Both the position numbers and the translations under genes were made by a program. Positions 55,199-64,000 of a DNA stretch of 64,000 nucleotides are shown piece by piece. The notes beneath the pieces are model-generated. The model saw nothing but the letters and a program-made list of their open reading frames with translations, had not been told where the DNA came from and did no database searches. Location of the stretch: positions 1,392 through 65,391 of the forward strand of contig JBGQKI010000009.1 of assembly GCA_041499475.1 (NCBI GenBank), written 5' to 3'. The DNA is from Thermoplasmata archaeon (GTDB taxonomy: Archaea; Thermoplasmatota; DTKX01; DATEUP01). Numbering within the stretch: the first letter of the stretch is position 1; every line of letters starts with the position of its first letter.

Positions 55199-57733
55199 GT
55201 GCCTGAATACTGCCACCGACTGATGGAGCTAGAGAACGGCGTCACGTTGCGCGACCCGCGCTTCCTCTTGCCCTCGTCGCGCCCGCACTACGCCCCCGAC
55301 CGCGACTTCGATTCGACGCACATCAAGCTCGAGTTGAAGGTGGACATCGCCCTCAGCGCCATCGAGGGGACGTGCACCACGACCCTGCGCGCGTTCCACG
55401 ATGGGGTCAAAGAGGCGGCCTTCGACGCGGTCGAGATGAAGATCAAGGCGGTTTCGGTGGCAGGGCGCAAGGCGCGCTACAAGTACGACAAGCGAAAGCT
55501 GCGCGTTACCCTCCCGCGGGCGTACAAGGCAGGCGAGGAGGTTTCCCTCGCCGTGCATTACCGCGTCGAAAAGCCGAAGCTTGGAATCTACTTCATCCGC
55601 CCCGAGAAGGCGTACCCCGACACGCCCACCCAGGTATGGACGCAGGGGCAGGACGAGTACTCGCGGTACTGGTACCCCTGCCACGACGCGCCGCAGGAGA
55701 AGGCCACGACGGAGATGATTGCGACGGTGCCCCAGGACTTCACCGCGATTTCGAACGGCGGGCTTGTGAAGGTGACCGTAGACAAGACGGCCAAGACGAA
55801 GACGTTCCACTGGCGCATGTCGATCCCGCACTCGACGTACCTCGTTACGCTGGCGGCCGGCCGGTGGGTGGAGTTGAGGGACAGTTGGGCGGGGATCCCG
55901 ATCACCTACTACACCGAGAAGGGGAAGGAGAAGCGCGCCAGGCTTGCCTTTGGCAAGACGCCGAGGATGGTGAAGTTCTTCTCCGAGGCGATCGGCGTGA
56001 AGTACCCATACGAGAAGTACGCGCAGGTGGCGGCGGCCAACTTCATCTACGGCGGCATGGAGAACACGACGGCGACCACCCAGACGGACCTCGTGCTGTG
56101 CGACGAGCGGGCTTACGCGGAGAACTGGCACGAAGGGCTTGTCGCCCACGAGCTCGCGCACCAGTGGTTCGGCGACCTGCTGACGTGCAAGGACTGGAGC
56201 CACGCGTGGCTAAACGAGAGCTTCGCGACGTACTTCGACGCCCTCTACGACGAGCACGACCACGGCGACGCCTCGTTCCGTTACCACATGCTTGGCAACG
56301 CGCGCAATTACTTTGGCGAAGACAAGGAGCGCTACAGGCGCCCGATCGTGACGAATGTCTACAAGGAGCCGTCGGACATCTTCGACCGGCACCTCTACGA
56401 GAAGGGGTCCACCGTGCTCCACATGCTGCGGTACGTGCTCGGCGATGAGCTCTGGTGGCGGTCGATCAAGACCTACGTGGAGGACAACCGCGGCAAGAGC
56501 GTCGAGACGCTCGACCTCATCAACGCGATCGAAAAGGCGACGGGGAGGAACATGCGCTGGTTTTTCGACCAGTGGATCTTCAAGGCGGGGCACCCGGAGT
56601 ACAAAGTGACCTACACCTGGGACCCGAAGAAGAAGGAGGCGTCGGTGTGGATCGTGCAGAGCCACCGGACCGACCCGGAGACGGGCCTCTTCAAGATGCC
56701 GCTCGTCTTCGAGTTCGAGCTGCCGAACGGCAGGCGCAAGCAATTCAAGGAGATGGTGGAGAAGAAGGAGCAGACGTTCACCTGGAAGCTCGACAAGGAG
56801 CCGCGGCTCTTCCGGTTCGACCCGGGCAACTGGGTGCTGAAGCACGTCACGGTGGTGAAGCCGCGCAAGATGTGGTTCTACCAACTCGAGCACGACCGGG
56901 ACCCCATGGGCCGGATTGCGGCGGCGCACCAGCTTGCAAAGGTGGGGTCGCAGGAGGCCGTGGAGGCGCTCGCGCGCGCGCTCGAGGGCGAGCGGTTCTG
57001 GGGCGTGCAGATCGAGATCGCGAAGTGCCTTGCGGACACCGAGACGGAGGAAGCGTACCGGGCGCTTGTCAAGGCCTTGAAGATCAAGAATGTGAAGGCG
57101 CGGCGTGCGGTGGTGGAGTCGGTCGGCTCGTTCAGGCGCCCGCAGAACCTCGAGGTGCTGAAGGGTGCCCTCGAGGCGAAGGATTCATACTTCGTGCCGG
57201 TGGCTGCGTGCCAAGCGGTCGGCAAAGCGCGAACGAAGGGGTCGCGCGCGCTGCTCGAGCACTACTTGAAAGTCGACTCGTGGAACGACTGGATACGCCA
57301 GGGGGCGATCGACGGGTTGGCCGCCCTCAATAGCGAGTCGGTGATCGACCGGATCAAGGAGCGCACGACCTACGGGTACCACCAGCTGTCCAGGCTCTCG
57401 GCGGTGCGGGGCCTTGGCGCGCTTGGCAAGGGCCGGCCGGACGTGGTGAACCACCTCATCGAACTTACGGGCGACAAGTTCCTGCGCGTGCAGATCACTT
57501 CGATCATGCAGCTTGGCAGGATCGGCGACCCGCGGGCGGTGGAGCCGCTTCGCAAGCTCGCCGACGGCGAGGATGTGGAGGGGCGCATCCGGCGGGCGGC
57601 CGAAGAGGCGCTGCGCCAGATCCGCGAGGGGCTCGACACGGGCCCTGATGTGGACGCGCTGCGCAAGGAAAACGAAGAACTCAAGAAGCGCCTGAAGAAA
57701 GTCGAAGGCGGGGCGCGGAAGGCGAAGACGTGA
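55199..57733 (+). CDS. M1 family aminopeptidase with C-terminal HEAT repeats and coiled coil
   Basis: YGGMEN, HELAH...WLNE, YEKG; HEAT/PBS-like repeats; LRKENEELKKRL. Confidence 0.95.
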   Translation: MPEYCHRLMELENGVTLRDPRFLLPSSRPHYAPDRDFDSTHIKLELKVDIALSAIEGTCTTTLRAFHDGVKEAAFDAVEMKIKAVSVAGRKARYKYDKRKLRVTLPRAYKAGEEVSLAVHYRVEKPKLGIYFIRPEKAYPDTPTQVWTQGQDEYSRYWYPCHDAPQEKATTEMIATVPQDFTAISNGGLVKVTVDKTAKTKTFHWRMSIPHSTYLVTLAAGRWVELRDSWAGIPITYYTEKGKEKRARLAFGKTPRMVKFFSEAIGVKYPYEKYAQVAAANFIYGGMENTTATTQTDLVLCDERAYAENWHEGLVAHELAHQWFGDLLTCKDWSHAWLNESFATYFDALYDEHDHGDASFRYHMLGNARNYFGEDKERYRRPIVTNVYKEPSDIFDRHLYEKGSTVLHMLRYVLGDELWWRSIKTYVEDNRGKSVETLDLINAIEKATGRNMRWFFDQWIFKAGHPEYKVTYTWDPKKKEASVWIVQSHRTDPETGLFKMPLVFEFELPNGRRKQFKEMVEKKEQTFTWKLDKEPRLFRFDPGNWVLKHVTVVKPRKMWFYQLEHDRDPMGRIAAAHQLAKVGSQEAVEALARALEGERFWGVQIEIAKCLADTETEEAYRALVKALKIKNVKARRAVVESVGSFRRPQNLEVLKGALEAKDSYFVPVAACQAVGKARTKGSRALLEHYLKVDSWNDWIRQGAIDGLAALNSESVIDRIKERTTYGYHQLSRLSAVRGLGALGKGRPDVVNHLIELTGDKFLRVQITSIMQLGRIGDPRAVEPLRKLADGEDVEGRIRRAAEEALRQIREGLDTGPDVDALRKENEELKKRLKKVEGGARKAKT

Positions 57734-58458
57734 TGCCCGCCGGCTGGCCGCCCGAGGGCGCACCGCCGTGGGTCATGGCGCCGGTGATGATGCCGATCTA
57801 CATGCGGCCGCCGCCCCAGCCGTTGCCCGCGCGCGACAGGCTGCTGGCCGGCGTCCTGATTGGCGACGCGGTGTTGGGGCCGCTCTCTTTTGTAGGACTC
57901 GCCGTTGCCTCCCAGGGATTTGGAGGGGGGGCGGGCTCGGCGGCCTTCAGGCTCACGGGGGCGCTAGTCACGGCATTCTTCCTGTCGATTGCCGCGGCGC
58001 CGGTGGTGATGCGCGACCTTGCGGGCCAGGCGGCGCCGGAGGCGATGCGGGCGGTTGGGGCGGTCACGATGATGGCGCTCGTCGCGCTGGCAGCAGCGGT
58101 CGCCTTGTTTTTCTTCCCTTCGGGGGCGGGCACGCCCCCAACCTTGCCGTTTGCGACGGCGTGTTTCACGGCCTCGGCGGCCTGTCTGCTCGCACTCAAT
58201 GTGCTGATGTTGAGGACGCGCGCGACGAGCATGGCGATCCCGGCGCTTGGTGTTGTCTTCGGCGCGCTGTCCCTCGCCGGCGGGCTGATCATCTCGGTGG
58301 TCACGCTTGCGCAGTTTGGTGGATTGGGCTTTGGCGCGGGCATCGCCGCCGGATTCCTGGTCATCGGGGGGTTCATCTGCTACCTGATTTGGGCCGTCCT
58401 GCTCGGCATCGCGGTCCTGCGGAGGCCATCACTCCGGCAGGGCGCCGCGCCGGGGTAA
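57733..58458 (+). CDS. Hypothetical multi-pass membrane protein with Pro/Met-rich N-terminus
   Basis: TGATG overlap with the aminopeptidase stop; about 6 TM. Confidence 0.7.
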   Translation: MPAGWPPEGAPPWVMAPVMMPIYMRPPPQPLPARDRLLAGVLIGDAVLGPLSFVGLAVASQGFGGGAGSAAFRLTGALVTAFFLSIAAAPVVMRDLAGQAAPEAMRAVGAVTMMALVALAAAVALFFFPSGAGTPPTLPFATACFTASAACLLALNVLMLRTRATSMAIPALGVVFGALSLAGGLIISVVTLAQFGGLGFGAGIAAGFLVIGGFICYLIWAVLLGIAVLRRPSLRQGAAPG

Positions 58459-58470
58459 GGACCGGACGCG

Positions 58471-59280
58471 CTAACGCGGGGCGACATTGTCTTTGCCCTC
58501 ATCGTCCGGGCGGTCGCGCTTCTCTTCACGCAGGCGCCGTTCGCGCTCCTTCTCTTGGCCCTCGAGCTTGCCCTGTTCCAGGAGCTTCGAGAGCATCGCG
58601 CGGACATCCTCCTCGGCAAGCCCGATCTTGCGGGCCTCGTCGACGATGACGGTGTAGTTGGTGGAAAGCCCCGAGCGCTGGCGCTCGACGATGATGTTGT
58701 AGATGAGCTGCGGGTCGACGCGGCGCGGGTAGACCACGACGCGGTCAGGCATTTGGATGCCCGTGACTTCGGCCACCTCGAGTAGGTACGGCAATTCGCC
58801 GCGCGGGTGCTTGCCCGGGCGCTTCTTGAGGCGGCCGCGGAAGGTGGCCTGTGCGCCAATCGCGAGCGACCCGGCAAGTTGGCCGCGCACGAGCGCCTCG
58901 ATCTGACGGTTTTCGTGTTTCTCGTCGGCGAGCATGAGCGCCTGGCTCTCGGCGTAGACGCTCTCGCGTTCGAGGAGCTTGAAGTGGGCCTCGCGGCGCT
59001 TGGCGCCGCAGCCCCCCCAGCTCGGCGAGCACTGCAGCGGGAACTTCAGCTGCTCGGTGGTCTGGACTTCCTCCGCGAGGCGCTGGCAGCGGGCGCAGCG
59101 GAACACCGCGACCTGGATCGTGATTTTCTTCGTCGCGAGGTCGGCCACGCGTGCCGCAACGGTCACCGGCCCGCCGACGTGCTGCTCGTCGAGGTCGGTG
59201 ACCTGCATGAGACCATGTTCAGGAGGTTCCTTGCGCGCGACGACTGACACCCCGCGATTTTGGATCGTGCGGCGGGCCAT
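58471..59280 (-). CDS. MCM-derived protein: OB/zinc-finger domain + C-terminal winged helix, no AAA+ (start 59280 or 59208)
   Basis: AVFRCARC...PLQC....GGCG...FKLL..ESVY.ESQ matches the MCM N-domain; then IYNII...GLAEEDVRAMLSKLLEQGKL. Confidence 0.75.
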   Translation of the reverse strand: MARRTIQNRGVSVVARKEPPEHGLMQVTDLDEQHVGGPVTVAARVADLATKKITIQVAVFRCARCQRLAEEVQTTEQLKFPLQCSPSWGGCGAKRREAHFKLLERESVYAESQALMLADEKHENRQIEALVRGQLAGSLAIGAQATFRGRLKKRPGKHPRGELPYLLEVAEVTGIQMPDRVVVYPRRVDPQLIYNIIVERQRSGLSTNYTVIVDEARKIGLAEEDVRAMLSKLLEQGKLEGQEKERERRLREEKRDRPDDEGKDNVAPR

Positions 59281-59336
59281 ATCAAGATTTGTTAACGGGT
59301 CGGAGGGAATGGTATGGTGCACCGGGAAGGCGCGCC

Positions 59337-59717
59337 TTACGGCAACTCGCGGCCGGTGACCTCGGAGACCTTTGCACGGAGCTCGCTGCCGGTGAACGGC
59401 TTGCGCACGACGCCGCGCACGAGGGAGGAGAACCCCCAACCGCCGGGCGGGTCCTTTCCGGCGGCGGTGATGATGAGGGTGGCGACGCCCTTGCCCGAAG
59501 CTTCGATGCGGCGGACCACTTCGAGGCCGTCGAAGTCGGGCAGGAGGTAGTCGAGGATGAGCAGGTCGAGGTCGTGGGTGCGGCAGAGCTCGACAGCGCC
59601 GCGGCCGTCGTAGGCGTCGTAGCAGACGAAGTCGCGCCCGCCGAGGATCTCGGTGATGATCTCGGCGACCGAGCGGTTGTCGTCCACGACGCCGACTTTG
59701 AGTTTCCTCGTCCCCAT
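59337..59717 (-). CDS. Single-domain response regulator (CheY-like)
   Basis: VVDDN, LILDYLLPDFDG, IITA, RKPF. Confidence 0.9.
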   Translation of the reverse strand: MGTRKLKVGVVDDNRSVAEIITEILGGRDFVCYDAYDGRGAVELCRTHDLDLLILDYLLPDFDGLEVVRRIEASGKGVATLIITAAGKDPPGGWGFSSLVRGVVRKPFTGSELRAKVSEVTGRELP

Positions 59718-59780
59718 GCCCAACACCCCCGCCGCGTTACAGGCAGAAGAATTTCGTCCTCTCGTAATTGTCGCAGAGCA

Positions 59781-61268
59781 TCAGCGCAGCACGCCGCGGC
59801 GCCCGCAGTGCGGGCAAGTAATCGAGAGGGGACGAGTGCCTTCCGCCTCGAAGTAGTGCTTGCAGCCGGGGCAGCGGACGCGCGTTTTGGGCGCCGCGGG
59901 TCCGGGGGGGGCAACGGGCTTGGGGGCGGGCGGTGCTTGGGGCCCCTCTCGGGGCGGCGCGGTGCGTCCGTCGGGGCGCGGGATGTCGTCCTCGGGCAAA
60001 CTCAGGGGCGAAACGGCCTTTGGCAGCAAGTCGCGCGCGGCGGCAAGCGACACGGCGCCGGTTTGTGACGCGGGCTCCGTCGCGGACTTCGGGTCCAGCG
60101 GCCCGTGGGCCTTGTCGAGCAAGGCGACGGCCTGCAGCACCGCGGCGGGAGCCGCCGGCGACTCCTCTTCCCCGCCTTCGACTTGCGACCACTCATCGGC
60201 CGGGGCGGTGACTGCGCGGGGCCGGCTCGTTTCAAGGTCGTCTGGCCGGCGGTCGGCGGGGTACATGCGGTACGAGAGGAACAGGGCGCCGACGGCAAAG
60301 GCGATTCCTCCGCCCCATATCGCGATGCCAGGCTCCGCGGCAAAATAGGCGGCAATGAGGAGCAGGAAGAACGCGGAAAGCGCCTTGTGGAAGGGCTCGA
60401 TGGTGGCTTGTCGCGTCGCGTCGCGCTCGCGGCGCGCCCCAACGAGCCCGACGAAGTAGGCGATTGCGATGGGCGCGAGCAAGGTGAACGAGGAGTTGAG
60501 CGCGGAAAACCGCTCGAAACGTAGGTCCGGCGTCCCGGCGCCGCTGGCGTCCCCGGCTGTGTAGTCGCGGGTAACGACGGCGATGGTGCCCCCCGGAACA
60601 CGCACCACATGCGAATTGCTCGAGAATGCGGAGAAGGTCGCCAGCCCGCCGGCGATGATCATGGTGCGCTCATGGATCCGCTCCGTGGTGAGGGCGCCCG
60701 CAAATCCAAGGACGGCGAGGCCGCCGTCTACGCCAGGCAGGATGTCGTTGGCCATCGGAATGTCGATGTCGCGCTCGGCCCACTGGCCCGCGAACTTGAC
60801 TTGGAAGTGGGCGGGCTCGCTGGAATTCACATCTACTCCGCTAAGCCCCCGCTGGCCTTGCGGCTGGACGCCTCCGATTTGAAAATTGCGGAGGGTGCCG
60901 ACGGTGCGTTCGAGGGTCGATTCGATGGTGTCGGAATATGCCTTCACTTCAAAATCGCTCACGAAGCCGAAGGGGGCGGTCGAGTCGAGCCGCTCGCGCA
61001 AGATTTTTGCGGCGGAGGGCGAGAAGTCCCATGTGATGAACCCGCCGCCGCTTTCGAAGGCGGTGTAGAACTCGACGGTGATGTTGATGTCGCCGCCCTC
61101 GTTGGGCGCCGTGGCTCCAAGGGCGACGGGGCCCACGGAAAGGGCGAGCAAGAGGAGGGCCAGGAGGAGGGCGCCGACCCGCGCCCAAAACAGCCGACGG
61201 TCGTAGGGCGTGGGCGGCGCGCGGGGAAGCCTTTCGTCGTCTTGGCGACGCCAGAACGCGAGGCGCAC
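59781..61268 (-). CDS. Membrane protein with extracellular domain, 3 TM and cytoplasmic C-terminal zinc ribbon
   Basis: N-terminal signal/TM; three TMs; Pro-rich linker; RCPGC...TCPHCG. Confidence 0.8.
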   Translation of the reverse strand: MRLAFWRRQDDERLPRAPPTPYDRRLFWARVGALLLALLLLALSVGPVALGATAPNEGGDINITVEFYTAFESGGGFITWDFSPSAAKILRERLDSTAPFGFVSDFEVKAYSDTIESTLERTVGTLRNFQIGGVQPQGQRGLSGVDVNSSEPAHFQVKFAGQWAERDIDIPMANDILPGVDGGLAVLGFAGALTTERIHERTMIIAGGLATFSAFSSNSHVVRVPGGTIAVVTRDYTAGDASGAGTPDLRFERFSALNSSFTLLAPIAIAYFVGLVGARRERDATRQATIEPFHKALSAFFLLLIAAYFAAEPGIAIWGGGIAFAVGALFLSYRMYPADRRPDDLETSRPRAVTAPADEWSQVEGGEEESPAAPAAVLQAVALLDKAHGPLDPKSATEPASQTGAVSLAAARDLLPKAVSPLSLPEDDIPRPDGRTAPPREGPQAPPAPKPVAPPGPAAPKTRVRCPGCKHYFEAEGTRPLSITCPHCGRRGVLR

Positions 61269-61378
61269 GAAGCGAGCCTGCCCGTTGGGCTATTATCAAG
61301 GTTCGTGTGCCGCGCGCGGAGGGTGATTGGCACGCGTTATGCGACGAGGGCGTCTGCGGCGCCCCTGGCGCCGATTCG

Positions 61379-62140
61379 TCAGAGACTGAGGATACGGGTG
61401 AGGGCGATGATGACGACGATACCCAGGAGGTGCACACCGAGCGCCTTGTACGAGCGGGGGCCGCGGTGCATTTCGGGGAGCAGGTCGGCGGCGCCGATGT
61501 AGAGGAAGTGGCCGACGAAGAAGGCAAGGAGGAGCGCGAGAGCGGCCTGAGGGACGGCGATCATGAGCGTGGTGAGAGCGCCGAAGACCGGTGCGGCGGC
61601 GTCGGCCAGGAGGAACGAAAACGCCCTGCGGCGGTTGCGGGCGATGCGGAAGGTGAGGGTGACGGTGTTGACGCCGTCGGCGAAGTCGTGGGCGATGACG
61701 GCGAGCGCAACGATGGCGCCGATCGCGGCGTTGGCCTGGAACGCGGCGCCGATGGCGATGCCGTCGACGAAGCTGTGCCCGATGAGGCCGGTGGCGCCAA
61801 GCCCCCCGACGGTGTGGGTGTGGTCGTGGGCGAACTCCTTCGAGTCTTCGGTGTCGGCGTGGTCGTGGACCTCGTGGACGAGGACGTAGCGCTCGATCAC
61901 ATGGAAGAAGACGAAGCTCGCGATGATGGTGTAGAAGGTAAACTCGCGAAGCAGGGCATCCCCTTCGGACAGGTTCATGGCTTCGGGCAGCAGGTCGGCA
62001 AACGCGATGGAAAGGAGCGTGCCCGCGGAGAAGGCGAAGAAGTAGCGCAGGCGCGCCTGGCTGCGGATGGCGATGTAGCCGCCAAGGAGCGTGGAGAAGA
62101 AGGTGGAGGCGCTAAGGGCGATGGGGAGCCATGGTTCCAC
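61379..62140 (-). CDS. ZIP family divalent metal transporter
   Basis: HSFVDGIAIG, AHDFADG; His-rich loop HEVHDH...HDHTH; LYIGAADLLPE. Confidence 0.93.
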   Translation of the reverse strand: MEPWLPIALSASTFFSTLLGGYIAIRSQARLRYFFAFSAGTLLSIAFADLLPEAMNLSEGDALLREFTFYTIIASFVFFHVIERYVLVHEVHDHADTEDSKEFAHDHTHTVGGLGATGLIGHSFVDGIAIGAAFQANAAIGAIVALAVIAHDFADGVNTVTLTFRIARNRRRAFSFLLADAAAPVFGALTTLMIAVPQAALALLLAFFVGHFLYIGAADLLPEMHRGPRSYKALGVHLLGIVVIIALTRILSL

Positions 62141-62163
62141 GGGGGCGCGACCCGACAGCCCCC

Positions 62164-62191
62164 TTATGAAGGCTCCATACAAAATTAATAA
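62164..62191. promoter_or_regulatory. Putative NikR operator between the divergent ZIP and nikR genes
   Basis: TTATGA-N16-TAATAA imperfect inverted repeat; same spacing as the E. coli NikR site GTATGA-N16-TCATAC. Confidence 0.6.
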
Positions 62192-62239
62192 GGTTTCAAA
62201 TGGGCGAGGTCAATTCCTGCTAAACCGGGGGGCCGGGGA

Positions 62240-62680
62240 ATGCCGAGGGTCGACGCGAAAGGCGCGAGGCGCGCGAAGGTCGTTAGCGTCTCCTTGCCGG
62301 GGAACCTGCTTGAAGAGCTCGACCGCTTCGTCGAGGAGGCGCACTTTGGCGGCCGCAGCGACGCGGTGCAGTCGGCGCTCGTGGATTTCTTGGCGGAGCA
62401 GCGCGCGCAGGGGCCGCAGCGGGGGAGAGAAAACGCGATCATCGCGGTGTGCTTCAACAAGGGCGACGAGCGGCGGGTCGGGGAAGTGAAACACGACTAC
62501 GGCGATGTGCTGAAATCGATGCTGCACACGCACCTCGAAGGGCCCGACTGCGTGGAGGTTTTCGTGGTCGAAGGGGCAGGCGCGCGCATTTCGGCGATGG
62601 CCAGGGCGCTGCAGGGACTGAAAGGCGTGCACTTGGTGCGCCGGACCTACATCCCGCGGCACGAGGGGCTTGGAGTCTAG
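62240..62680 (+). CDS. nikR: NikR-family ribbon-helix-helix metalloregulator
   Basis: VVSVSLP..LL..LD...GRSDAV RHH; KH...MLHTHL...DCVEV retains the His/His-x-His/Cys ligands. Confidence 0.85.
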   Translation: MPRVDAKGARRAKVVSVSLPGNLLEELDRFVEEAHFGGRSDAVQSALVDFLAEQRAQGPQRGRENAIIAVCFNKGDERRVGEVKHDYGDVLKSMLHTHLEGPDCVEVFVVEGAGARISAMARALQGLKGVHLVRRTYIPRHEGLGV

Positions 62681-62834
62681 TCCAGGATCACGGAAGGCGC
62701 CTTGGAAGTTGCGCGGGACTCCTGGACGCCGACCGCTCATTTGTGTTCATTCGCGCAGATAAGCGCCAACACCGCAATCCTCTTATCTTGACGGCAAGTG
62801 AAAATCACTCCAGGCCGCCCCGAGGGGTGTCGTT

Positions 62835-64000
62835 TTGCACGTCCACCACAACGAGGCAGTTCGCTGGCGGCTCCGGCGGGCCGCCATATTCCTGCTCGTC
62901 TCGAACCTCCTCTTCGGATTGGTGCCCTCGGCACTGGCGACGCCGGGCCTTTTCGCAAGCACGGTCGCGGGCGACACCCCGGCCGCGCCCCGCACCGGCT
63001 CGGTCGAGATCTTCGGCGCGTTGGCCGGGCCTTCCACACCGGGCGAGCCACCGCAGACCCCGGCCTCTCCCTCCTTTGCGCCGGCCCCGCTCTCGCTTTC
63101 CAACAACACCGCGCAGAACTTCACGCCCTACGCGCCCTCGGCGTTCGCCTTCGGCCAGTTCGGCCTGTCGACCAATGCGGACGGCGTGAACATCGCGGCG
63201 CTTGCCAACATCACGGTGAATCAGACAGGGAACCTGACCGTGGGCTTCAACGGGACGTGGAACCCCGCCCCCGCCAGCCAGACCGACCGCGACTGGGTGC
63301 TCGCGTTCGTCGTGCGCAACGGCGCGGTGCAGGTGCAGCCGGTGGAGGCAAACACCTCGTTCCGCGTGAACATCACCGCAGGTCAGATCCCGTTCACGAT
63401 TTATTTTGCCCTGCCGACGCACATTACGGGACTCGGGGCGACCTCGACGGCCCGCGTCGCGGCCCTCCTGCCGTCGGGCAATTTCACCGTGTTGAACCTG
63501 ACCGCCTCCAACGCGGCGATTGGGCTCTTCAGCGCCAAAACGGTGCCAGCAGAGCCCACGGACTCGGTGTGGTTCAATGCGTCGGGGAGCTACCCCAGCG
63601 CAGGCGCGCTCAGCGGATCTCAGGTCGTCAGCGTCATCGTCCCGAATGACGGGAGCCTGCCCTTCGAAGTCCGCACGGGCCGAGTAAGCCAGTGGGAGGA
63701 GCCGTTCCACTTCCCCGGAGGGCGCGTGTTCCTGCTCAAGGGCAACTCGGGGCTCGTCTCGCCGGGCACCTACAAGCTCACGATGTGGACGCGCGGCTCG
63801 CCTGAGAGTTCGCTTTGGCTGAACGCGACGGTGACCCCGAGCTCGGCGCTACGCAACGACTCCCTGAACATCACGGGCGCCCTCGCGAACCGCACGCTCT
63901 CGGCGACGAACCTGTGGAGTGCAAACCAGACTTCGGTGTTGCCCGCCTCGTCGCACAGCTCGTCGAACTGCGACAATGTGGTGCGCCTCTTGAACGGCAC
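62835..64000 (+). CDS. Secreted/surface glycoprotein, partial (runs off the window; absent from the ORF track)
   Basis: TTG at 62835 after a GAGGGGTG SD; MHVHHNEAVRWRLRRAAIFLLVSNLLFGLVPSALA signal peptide; open to 64000; many N-x-S/T sequons. Confidence 0.8.
   Translation, partial: MHVHHNEAVRWRLRRAAIFLLVSNLLFGLVPSALATPGLFASTVAGDTPAAPRTGSVEIFGALAGPSTPGEPPQTPASPSFAPAPLSLSNNTAQNFTPYAPSAFAFGQFGLSTNADGVNIAALANITVNQTGNLTVGFNGTWNPAPASQTDRDWVLAFVVRNGAVQVQPVEANTSFRVNITAGQIPFTIYFALPTHITGLGATSTARVAALLPSGNFTVLNLTASNAAIGLFSAKTVPAEPTDSVWFNASGSYPSAGALSGSQVVSVIVPNDGSLPFEVRTGRVSQWEEPFHFPGGRVFLLKGNSGLVSPGTYKLTMWTRGSPESSLWLNATVTPSSALRNDSLNITGALANRTLSATNLWSANQTSVLPASSHSSSNCDNVVRLLNG

Noticed and set aside
59781-59900. 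Heme-binding CxxCH in the C-terminal Cys cluster
   Set aside because: The motifs are CPGCKH and CPHCG, i.e. a cytoplasmic zinc ribbon, not CxxCH
62798-63710. ORF-track calls 62798-63649 (+) and 62805-63710 (-)
   Set aside because: The real gene is the other plus-strand frame from 62835, which is open to the window end and has a signal peptide

Overview
High-GC archaeal chromosomal segment, most likely Thermoplasmatota (inferred from pelota, RFC small subunit, FEN1, eS1/S3ae, Dph5, DGGGP-synthase-like UbiA, TATA promoters and a Thermoplasmata-style MCM zinc finger). It is densely coding, with about 55 CDS and one tRNA-Leu(UAA), and I saw no CRISPR array, rRNA, integrase or transposase. Housekeeping genes are mixed with unusual architectures: (i) a membrane-anchored 6x PKD surface protein with a cytoplasmic longin-like domain followed by an adaptin-appendage-like domain; (ii) a mini-MCM (OB/Zn finger joined directly to a winged helix, no AAA+ motor); (iii) a CARF-wHTH / roadblock / ~50-TPR giant / HhH-GPD glycosylase gene run; (iv) a Cys-type Thi4 upstream of a small wHTH gene and SufS; (v) a ccmABCDE operon with CxxxY CcmE, a CcmD-like protein carrying a large extracellular domain, and a ccmA with no canonical start codon; (vi) a degenerate NAD kinase fused to an HTH; (vii) eS1 fused to an HhH domain; (viii) a NikR-ZIP divergon with a visible operator. 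All calls come from reading motifs by eye; no searches were run, and start codons are best guesses.
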